DNA of 64,000 nt, taken from NCBI GenBank assembly GCA_030141605.1, contig JAQGDQ010000248.1, positions 248,001 to 312,000 of the forward strand. Reading direction: 5' to 3'. Positions 26,984 through 37,170 of this stretch are shown one piece after another. Source of the DNA: Tubiluchus corallicola. Lineage: Eukaryota > Animalia > Priapulida. A model generated the notes under the pieces. It was not told the origin of the DNA and did not search any database. It saw only the letters and a list, made by a program, of their open reading frames with translations. How positions within the stretch are numbered: the stretch's first letter is position 1; each line of letters begins with the position of its first letter. A program made the translations under genes and the position numbers.

Positions 26984-28625
26984 TACAATAAAAAAATTAC
27001 AGATGAAACTACATATAAAATAAAGATGTACGATGTCAGTAAAATAAAGGGTAATTACTAATTAAGAACACAAAATGAAAATTAAATTGACAAACATACC
27101 TGACATCCATTAGGTATAGCTAAGATCTTAAAAGATAGCGGAATATTTGTCTATTGACTTTATAAACATTTAGAGTAAGTAGCTACTTGTAGTCAGACTT
27201 ATACTGCCATGTCTGTTAATGAACACCAAGTGTTTGCAAGTGTCTGTGGTGCGTTAGTTGAACAAATGTTGAATAAATTTGATGCGAGATATAATTATAA
27301 AGCTTACTAATATGTATAAAAATATTTCTGCTTCAGTTAGAGTTAAGTCAAAGTTGCTTTTGCACCAGCAAGGTGGTCTCTACGTAATCTGTATCAGAAT
27401 GCTAGGATTATCCGACTCGTTTGTCAGAAGAAGCCCAGTTGGATTAAGCCTGTGTGAAAAAAGGAATCCCTGGAAGTTTGGCTTGTTTTAATGTTCCAAA
27501 AACTCTATTTCACGATCATTTTTCGTTTGGGCTCACTGATTTTAAACGAATAATGACCTCATTGGTTAACAGAAGAAAAGCAACGCACGAAGAAACATTC
27601 TTAATTGTTTGGTCGCTTTACAAATATAAGTATTATAAATTTCAATCATTAAACGAGCTAGGCCAAATGGCGTTTTAGCTAATTTTCATCCACTCTTGTC
27701 TAACGTTCGAACGTTTGCGCCCTAATGAGTCAATCCATCAATTTTGGGCTTATGTTCTCTCATAGTGGCTTAATGTAAAGATCGTTGAGAGTTTCGCTTT
27801 CAGTGTCAACAAGTCACTTTCGTTTTCCTGGTCTGTGATCGCACTGGCTTCCGCGAAAGGGCGGTGTCCGTATTGGCTTTCTTCTAAGGATGTTAGGCCC
27901 ACGTTGGCTTCTGAAGCTGTGGTGACCAAGAAAGCGGGCACGCTTCTGTAGGTTAATAACTTGATTCAGCTTGTCGCCTTGTCTGCGTTCTAGACTTGGT
28001 GGCTCCTCGGATGTGCGTTTCCGTTTCCGGTTATGAAGCCCCGTTGCTGTCTCCGCCTTTACATGACTTCAATGAAATGTTTGTAATAACAGTTATTTCT
28101 GGCTTCTCGCTGTGGACATTGAAAGCAAATTGAAGCCAGACGCAGATACGCCAGGGCAAGCAGTTTTTCTGGGAAATTCCTGATGCACGCGAAATTCAAT
28201 TGGTGAAAAGTACCGGGCAGTCGCGTGCTTGGTAAGCTGCAATAGTAAAAATTTGTGTTCTGGAAATTAGACACTTATGAACTTATCACATGGCTGTAGA
28301 TCATCAAAGCACAGACTAGAGTGACGAATTCAAATTATTTAGCTAAACGAACCAGTTTTAATGATCAAGCTGTTAGTTTAGTTTTCTAAAGAGCTAACAA
28401 GAAACGAAGCAAGTTCAAAAACATAGCCAGTAGCGAAGGCCGTGCTGTACTACTCATAGCATGGACCTATTGCAAAACGATAAATTTCCCGTTGTATTGT
28501 GCTATTTTGGTTAAATAACTATTTCTGCGAATGGTACTCTCACTAGTACTTTAGCGTGTTCTTTGTAGGTTGTAAATCATTGGCGATGCATGTTCTAAAT
28601 CTGTGGTTGTGAAGCTATTGATGGT

Positions 28626-29904
28626 CACTGAAGCTATTTCCCGGTGTTTGTTTTGTGACATGGGTATAAACTATTTAGGTAGCTAGGTGTAGGAGAGAAG
28701 TACAGCACTGAAGCCATTTCCCGGTGTTTGTTTTGTGACATAGGTACAGACTATTTAGGCAGCTAGGTACAAGAGAGAAGTACAGCACTGAAGCCATTTC
28801 CCGGTGTTTGTTTTGTGACATAGGTACAGACTATTTAGGCAGCTAGGTACAAGAGAGAAGTACAGCACTGAAGCCATTTCCCGGTGTTTGTTTTGTGACA
28901 TAGGTACAGACTATTTAGGCAGCTAGGTACAGGAGAGAAGTACAGCACTGAAGCCATTTCCCGGTGTTTGTTTTGTGACATAGGTACAGACTGTTTAGGT
29001 AGCTAGGTACAGGAGAGAAGTACAGCACTGAAGCCATTTCCCGGTGTTTGTTTTGTGACATAGGTACAGACTGTTTAGGCAGCTAGGTACAGGAGAGAAG
29101 TACAGCACTGAAGCCATTTCCCCGTGTTTGTTTTGTGACATAGGTACAGACTGTTTAGGCAGCTAGGTGTAGGAGAGAAGTACAGCACTGAAGCCATTTC
29201 CCGGTGTTTGTTTTGTGACATAGGTACAGACTGTTTAGGCAGCTAGGTGTAGGAGAGAAGTACAGCACTGAAGCCATTTCCCGGTGTTTGTTTTGTGACA
29301 TAGGTACAGACTATTTAAGCAGCTAGGTGTAGGAGAGAAGTACAGCACTGAAGCCATTTCCCGGTGTTTGTTTTGTAACATAGGTACAGACTATTTAAGC
29401 AGCTAGGTGTAGGAGAGAAGTACAGCACTGCACCCATTTCCCGGTGTTTGTTTTGTGACATAGGTACAGACTATTTAAGCAGCTAGGTGTAGGAGAGAAG
29501 TACAGCACTGCAGCCATTTCCCGGTGTTTGTTTTGTGACATAGGTACAGACTATTTAGGCAGCTAGGTACAAGAGAGAAGTACAGCACTGCAGCCATTTC
29601 CCGGTGTTTGTTTTGTGACATAGGTACAGACTATTTAAGCAGCTAGGTGCAGGAGAGAAGTACAGCACTGAAGCCATTTCCCGGTGTTTGTTTTGTGACA
29701 TAGGTACAGACTGTTTAGGTAGCTAGGTGCAGGAGAGAAGTACAGCACTGAAGCCATTTCCCGGTGTTTGTTTTGTGACATAGGTATAGACTATTTAAGC
29801 AGCTAGGTGCAGGAGAGAAGTACAGCACTGAAGCCATTTCCCGATGTTTGTTTTGTGACATAGGTACAGACTATTTAAGCAGGTAGGTACAGGAGAGAAG
29901 TACA
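28626..29904. repeat. Minisatellite, 80-bp unit x 16
   Basis: CACTGAAGCCATTTCCCGGTGTTTGTTTTGTGACATAGGTACAGACTATTTAGGCAGCTAGGTACAGGAGAGAAGTACAG at exact 80-bp period. Confidence 0.98.
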
Positions 29905-30394
29905 CTACATGCATATACGAATGAGCGCTTTTAGTGCCAACTTTTACGTTATGTATGTTACGTTATATTCCTTCAACGTGTCGTGCCCTACCGCAAGCAC
30001 TGATAAAAGATGTGGGAAAAAACTTTTCCTGAATCTCAAGCTGTTAACTCTTTCCTCGTCTGACTGGAATCTTCGCTAATCTGTTATAAAAAAGGGAAAA
30101 ATTGTCACATTAGAAACATCAGTTGCGTCATTGTTAAGCCCTTCTGCACTTATAAAGTGTGTTGACGTAGTTAATCCGATCAACTTCCAGGCTGAAAATA
30201 TTTCACTATTGAATTGACGGACGTTCTAATGATTTCAGGGCACAACGTTGTTGACATTAGATATTAGTGACTGTTCACGAATTTTTGATTTAAAGTTTTA
30301 ATTCGTTTAGTGGATGATGGAGTTAAGCACGTTGTTGTCTTCCTGTACTAGTAGCAGTTAGCAAGAGGTGATTTTATTACAGTTGTTACGTTAA

Positions 30395-30960
30395 AGGGGA
30401 AGAGAAGGAAATTTTGTGTAAACTTTCTATGCAAAGTTATATTACGTAGCATTACGCTTTACCTGTTTGAAAGACTTTTGCAATTGGAAAAAAGAACATT
30501 CTCAATTTAAAATATTCGCACCACGTGGTAAAGCGGTACAGTGTCGCCATGCCAGTGTGCACCACGTGGTAAAGCGGTACAGTGTCGCCTTGCCAGTGTG
30601 CACCACGTGGTAAAGCGGTAAGTGTCGCCATGCCAGTGTGCACCACGTGGTAAAGCGGTGCAGTGTCGCCATGCCAGTGTGCACCACCGATTCACCAAAA
30701 AACATTAATTACTGATCTTATTGCCAACATAATGTAATTTATACTTTTGTCTGGTTAGCGAAGAATGTACTATGAATGTCCTGAATGTTATTTTTTTGAA
30801 CTTTACACAATGTTATCTAAACTCGTTTCAACCGTCATGCCGTTAAAATGGCTGCGCTTAACGGACATCCCGGAAGTTCATATTTACAAGTTTTATACAC
30901 CGTTACTGCTAAGCCGCAATAGTCAGAATGTAAGTGATATAAAATTTCAAGACGAATTTG
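30395..30960 (+). mobile_element. Family A (Kolobok-like) copy, 3'-truncated, with an internal 41-bp tandem expansion (30518-30687)
   Basis: TTAA|AGGGGAAG start; colinear with the 2397 and 35438 copies. Confidence 0.8.
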
Positions 30961-33900
30961 TTACAACCAAAGCTCCAGTCTAATAATGTTTATGGCAGTC
31001 GTACAATCTTGAACTGGCTACTCACATGCCAGACGACCGTTTAAGGGTTCGAAACTGTGCCAGCAGCTACTTGTGGGTAGAAGTGAAAACATAAAAGGTT
31101 CTTACGAGGAGACATTCCATAAAAATGCGGTATTCCTCATTGTAATATTACTTAACATACCAGAAAAATTAACTATGTTTGCTGCTATATATCAACTTTT
31201 ATTTATGAGCGTTTTTAACCACGTATAAACATATAATTGTTTGTATAATTATATTCATATGTAATTTTACATGCGTATTTTATACCATGTAGTTTTTTTA
31301 TAAATGGTCAAGTACAGGAGAAATTACTTTCGCAGACATAATTATAATGCGGTCCGATTTTGTTTTGTTGGTGGTATACCCAGGAAGGTTTTGATGGAGG
31401 ATTCCATGTGGACTGGATGGGCGTAGAATCTATTACAAAGCTTTGTTTAAAACCCGTTTACAAACCATTACCTGCTGTAGTATTGAGCTAGGCTGGCTGG
31501 CTTCTGTCCTGTTTATAATCTGATGAATCTCACATTAATCCCATGTAATCAAACGCCTAGTTTTCTCGCCGCCTGAAAAGCAGCTCGGGAAAATGATCAC
31601 CCTGGCGTATTTGGAACACCTCTAACACATTCAAGCTAAAATTAATTATCAGCGTTGTACCACCATGTCTACGTATAGGTGATTAGGAACCCAACAGCAC
31701 AAATTAGTTTTAGTAGAAAACGTGTGTCGACTGCTAAATGCTGCTCTTACTTCCCACAGCCTGGCTCTTATTATCCGTGTAATCTTGAGTTGACTCTTAA
31801 CAAGGTGGGTTGACTTTGCTGTTGATGTCTTTCAGTTCAAACTGGTATACGTTTTCAACATTGAATGACTGTACAGTAAAACGAAAGTAGATTATGGCAT
31901 TGTTTAAAAGTTCGTAATCCATGAAGCTACTTGAAATGAAATGTGTCCATTGTTTTCAAGCCTGACAGCTAGGGTTACAGTTTCTTTGGGTGACCTAATT
32001 GAGAACACAAGGAAAGAAAGGAGAAAATCCGTTTCCTGGCGAGATTGAATCCGCGTTCTTTTGTTGTTATCTGTTAGCTTGTAATGACATTGAATTACTG
32101 CTTTTAGGTCGCAGCTTGAAGCCAAGTTTGGGATTTTCTGCAAATTCTCCTTGTGTGAATAATGCAGAATTCTTACGCTGAAAGACGCGTGAAACCACGG
32201 GAGTGGGTAGAGGGGTAACATTTGTTTGGTCGTTCAAGTTTCATAAATGGAGCTTTTACTGAACTTAAATCCAGCATAAGACATAAAATGATTGTATGAC
32301 TCACTTCACTGCAGCCCTGAAGGGAGTTTTTAGGTCATGAGGGTGCCCAAACCATCGTATGTCGTCAGCAAAGTGCTTCGGAATTTCCAGCAGTTGACGC
32401 ACACAGGATTCACACGAGGTGTCGACGTGTGGTCGCCGCTTCCTGCCTGAGTATTCAAGTCAGCTAAGATGTACTTTTGGCAGCACAAGATGGACGTCAC
32501 AATTAGCCTAAGTTATTCTTGATCTTGTGGGCATTTTCCACCGAGGACCTTCGGGAGTTTAAGGACATTCATTTGAACTGTCCTATTTTAACGGCTTCAA
32601 GGCACTTTTTCACAATTTTCTGACTACCAGAAGATACAGAAAAATGCCCACATTTAATAAAGACTGTGGTAGTAATCGAATTTCCAGCAATTCTAGTCTG
32701 AGACAGAGTCTGAAATGTCTACGCTTTTCAAAGGGGATTTTCGTTCGTTATCAAAGATGTACTAGTCACTATTTCGTTTTAGAAATTCTGTTGCTAAAAA
32801 CTAGATGACCGTGGCACACTTGCTTGCTCTTCCTATTGGGCGATATAAGTTAGAAAATACAGGCAACAGTGTGCCAGCAACCAAACTTGTTATCAGTTTG
32901 GTCTTGTTCTTTAACTCCAGCCCTAAAGGGGACTAGCCTGTTACTTGTTATTGTCTTCTCTGCATTCGAGCCCCGATCCTATTTTGTGGAAGAACTTTGC
33001 GTTTTTGAAAGGTTTCCATGACGACACGTTTTCCCGCCACGAATCCTTGGAATAGTTCACGTTTGCTCATAGCAGTAAAATTGTATAATTGAAGTTTATT
33101 CTGTGTAAGCTTGATTTATTCGTTGCGATTAAACTCCCAGCAGTTAGTTGTGGCATGTGTTTTATAGTCGTTTTACGTTCACTGGCAGAATTTTTACTTA
33201 ACATCCATCTCGCTTGTTGAAGTTGTGGATTCCATGTCCCCAGAAATTTTAAATCTGAATGAAGACCTTGCGCGCATTGCTTGAAAGATAGCTATACCAA
33301 TTATAACTTTACCGCGCGTACATACAGCGAGTTTTCTTTCTGATAGTAAACCCACAAGTGTGAACTGCTTTGCTAGTTTTTGTCGGCAAGTTATTGCAAA
33401 CTCTACGACAGTCGTAGCGAATTGATTTACTCTCTAATATTAAGACATCGGCGAGTTACTCTCTCGACACTTCTGGCAGTGAATAGAGAATTGAGTGTCA
33501 GCTAGCGCTTAATGTCACAACAAGCGTTGCTCTCTAGTCTGAACGCGTCGTAAGACGAAAAACATGGGATATTTCACACTTTATATATATATATATAACA
33601 TGTGAAACCCCTGTTTAGTTTAGTGATTCGTCCAGAATTCGTTAACCTCCGCAGAAGTGCGGAAAACTAACATAGCCTTTATCCATAAAAATTAATGAAA
33701 TTATCATTTTGTAGAGGTAGTCCAATTTTTACATAATACTGTGGCTAAATTATTGTCTGCTTTCTGAGTGGTCAAAACAGTGAAGAAGTATCTTTCATAA
33801 ATAAATTTTGGTAAAATGGTGTTATTAAATTATTTAACCATTTGCATCATTCAGTCGATTTGGCACTCTAAAGAACGGCGGCCATTTTTATGTTTAGTAT

Positions 33901-34067
33901 GTTTAGAATTAGTTCCTAAACTAAAGTTGCTTAATGAGTTTTTGAGCTAATAAAAGGAGTGCTTGCTTTTTATGTATTGTGTATAGTATTGTATTCCTTT
34001 CTAAATTTTGTATTACGTCTCTAGAATGCATTCAAATTATTTAAGCTATTTATTCTGTTTTTTACAG

Positions 34068-34184
34068 TCTCCAGCCAGGAAAACTCCAACGGGAAAAGCA
34101 GTAACTCTAACCCCTAAAAGTGCTGGAATAAAAACCAAATTCAAGAGTTCTTCGCTGGGCCACCAGGCGGCCAAGCATTTGTAG
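34068..34184 (+). CDS. ECT2: ECT2 terminal coding exon
   Basis: Strong acceptor ttctgttttttacag, phase 0 fits the donor at 17427; SPARKTPTGKAVTLTPKSAGIKTKFKSSSLGHQAAKHL* resembles the ECT2 end (..SHTLSRSTTHLI) and has S/T-P-x-K sites; followed by AT-rich UTR-like sequence. Confidence 0.78.
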   Translation, partial: SPARKTPTGKAVTLTPKSAGIKTKFKSSSLGHQAAKHL

Positions 34185-35437
34185 AAGCCTGTAATGATGT
34201 GACGAAGATTTGGCTTCACTGGCGAGTCCGCTGCTACTGCGGTTATTCTGTTCTCGTTCCAGAATTATCCTCCCTTTTATTGCTAATAATGTCAAATGTA
34301 GGACGAGGCTTTCAACAGCGGCTGATAACATAAACAAAAATTTGGATAAAAATATCAGTAATTGCCATACTGAATGGAGGCTCTGCTTTTAGTAGGCAGG
34401 GATTTTTTGTTGTCAGTAGTTACTATGCGTGATAACCTGCAAACATTTAGTTCAGATTTCAGTGAATTACTAAAAATCAGTACTAAAGGAAGGCAGAGTC
34501 AGTCAAAGTCAAACTATTATTTAGAGTTTGCATGGGAAAGCCTATGATATTTTTTGTCTTATTAATTTTTGTGTCATCATTCATATATGGTACGTCTATA
34601 GGTGATTTACTCTGCCACATTATTTAGATCAACCGTAATTAAGTATTTATAAAACCCCAATTTTTTGGCGAGCAATGTTTTATAATGAAACGGCGTATTT
34701 TTTGTTTTTGAAACTACAAGCTATAAAGTAACGGGGTAGTTTACAATTATTTGTCGCCATCATATATCAAACGAAATGATTTGTACATTTAGTTCTGGGA
34801 AAAAATATCTGCAGTTTATTACCACAAAAATCTGTTAGCTTTATAGTTCACGCAGGTTTTCTGTATTGCCAAGTCCATAGTTTTGTTTTGAAAATACCTT
34901 GCCTTAGTATGCAACAAAAATTGTTTCTTCACTTTCTGGTCTAAGTTTGGATGTAGATTTAAGTTTTTTATGTAATGTTATCTGTGTGTGATGGGAGGAT
35001 ACTGTGATTCATATATATACCATGTATATTTTCTATGTCAACATGTTTTTTATATCCATATGTTATTGATGATTATAATGATATATCAGGCAGTACTCGC
35101 AGTTTATATTGCAAATGTGCCATACTTAAAGGTATGCCAACTTTTCTAGTTTGTCAGTTCCAGAATGTTTTCCCAACTAAATGTTGATGTAACAATGTTG
35201 ATGTAACAATGGCTTTCTTTCATTGTTTGTTTAGATTTTGCAATTTCGTTTATATGTGAACTAACAGAAAATCATTAATTTAAATGTATGTGCTGTGTAG
35301 TTGACGTGATTTATTTCATATGGTTCAGTACTATGCATAATGATCATAGTTATTGGTGTATTTTGTATGTCTCAGATAACAAGTACAAACTGGGTTCTTG
35401 ATCGCTGGGTGAATTGTAGCCAACATGTTTTACTTAA

Positions 35438-35872
35438 AGGGGAAAAGAAAAGGGAATTTTCAAGTATTTCCCAAAGAATTTTCCATACAATGTTATATTA
35501 GCTAACATTACGCTTAACTGTTTGAAAGACTTGTGTAATTGCAAAAAATTCTTAATAATTTAAAACATTTGCACCATCTGGAAAAAGGGCACTGCATCGC
35601 CGTCCCAGTGTGCACCACTGGCTCACTAAAAACACATTGATCTTACTGACAGTATAAAATAATTTAAACTTTTGTTTAGCGAAAGGACAATGTTATCAAA
35701 ACTTGTTTCAAACCGCTTACCATTAAAATGTTTGCACCTAAAGATCATTGCTGAAGTTTTATACAGCGTTACTGCAAACGCAAGCCCTGTATGCAATAAA
35801 ACAGTATGTAAGCGGTATAAAAATTTAAGTTGCATTTTTAAGCTTTATTTATGAATGGTGTTTTCTTGTCAT
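35438..35872 (+). mobile_element. Family A (Kolobok-like) copy within the putative ECT2 3' UTR
   Basis: TTAA at 35434-35437 and 35873-35876; colinear with the 2397 copy. Confidence 0.8.
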
Positions 35873-36454
35873 TTAAAGTTAACTCACTTTCTTTACTATC
35901 ATATAAGTTTAACTGCACTGTTAGCATACAGGTCAGAAGAAAACACTTTCTTATGCGTTTCTTTTGCTTGTACTTTTCTTTTTGTGACCGGTAACGATGA
36001 GTAATATTGGAAATTGGAATCACGCTGCGAATTACATGATTTATTTTCGTTACATTTGCCTGGTAATGCTATAATTACTGCCATATTTTTTTTTATTCCC
36101 AGGACTCCTTTCAAAATGACTTCATATTATTACTGTTTAAAATTCTAAGTAACATTGAAAACATAGCTCGTAGTTAAAAATAGCATTCTGGCTATGGCTG
36201 CTTAGTAAATGAACTATGATCTAGTATTTCATTAGGTAAGAAGCCTATTCAGTTTTCTTTTGTGATGCTCGGCAGGAACAGTACTAGGAAGCCAGACAAA
36301 AACGTAACTCACATTCCAGCAATAACCATATTTTGGTATCTTTTTACACTGGTTTTTATATGCTTATTTAATGTTGTTTAGTTTCATATGCTATATTTAG
36401 AATATTATACTAATTGTAGTCAGGTCACACGAGCAGGTTGTATTTGAGTATCAA

Positions 36455-36500
36455 AATAAAGAAGAATGCTGTAATAAAGAACTTGTCGGTGTTCCTTTAT
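36455..36500 (+). terminator. Putative ECT2 polyadenylation signal
   Basis: Two AATAAA (36455-36460, 36473-36478) followed by GT/T-rich TTGTCGGTGTTCCTTT. Confidence 0.5.
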
Positions 36501-36655
36501 TCACTTCAATACATTCTTATGCAATCTCGAACTTTTGGTGTAAAATACTTTAGCACACTAAATTCATATGTAAAAATGCGCCTCCCGACCGGCTCTATTC
36601 TGCTTGGAAGCCTTTTTTAGAGCCTAAAGTTGGTACGCATTGCAGTAAATACATA

Positions 36656-37170
36656 TTGTTGGCATCCTTCTGTCTCGGAAGACAATGTGCGCCAAGAGAG
36701 TCAGTTATTGATTACACTGTGGCTGAGCAGTCCGATCCTTGAACGTCTCCAGGGCGCACGCCTGGGCAAAGTGTATGGAGATCCTGAGTTGCCCAGACAC
36801 CAGGAACCCCCTCTCGTCCTCCCTAGTGTAGTCCAAAGGAAAGCGGAGCGATACGTTTGGCACCAGGTTGGCTGCAGGAGCTGCCGGAGTCAGTAAGCAT
36901 GCTGCACTGGTCCGCCTTCGGGGCTCCACTCCTGATTTGGAAGGTTTACTCCTCTACACGTGGTCGTTGGGTTACTTGATCTCCTCCGCCCTCTAGCCGT
37001 TGGCTGCTTGTGCAGCTCCTCCGCCTAGTGTCGAGATACAGTGTGGACATCCCGCAAGCCTACAGCACCTGGTATTCCTAGGAGGTCACCCATCCAAGTA
37101 CTAACCAGGCTCTACGTTGCTTAACTTCGGTGATCAGACGAGAACCGGTGTTTTCAACGTGATTTGGCCG
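36656..37170 (-). mobile_element. Candidate 5S rRNA-derived SINE (SINE3) with bipartite RTE-LINE-derived body and tail
   Basis: 5S head (37170-37056) runs without a terminator into a GC-rich body resembling an RTE 5' UTR (~36953-36744), then SRIGLLSH-encoding RTE ORF end (36742-36719) and 3' end CATTGTCTTCCGAGACAGAAGGATGCCAACAA; degenerate TSD on both sides. Confidence 0.75.
37056..37170 (-). rRNA. 5S rRNA-derived sequence (first ~5 nt missing, no oligo-T terminator; probably a SINE head or pseudogene rather than a functional gene)
   Basis: Minus strand CGGCCAAATCACGTTGAAAACACCGGTTCTCGTCTGATCACCGAAGTTAAGCAACGTAGAGCCTGGTTAGTACTTGGATGGGTGACCTCCTAGGAATACCAGGTGCTGTAGGCTT; A box and C box intact. 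Confidence 0.92.

Noticed and set aside
28626-29904. CRISPR array or retrozyme tandem array
   Set aside because: Units are near-identical over their whole length (no spacers) and have no CTGANGA/GAAA core on either strand.
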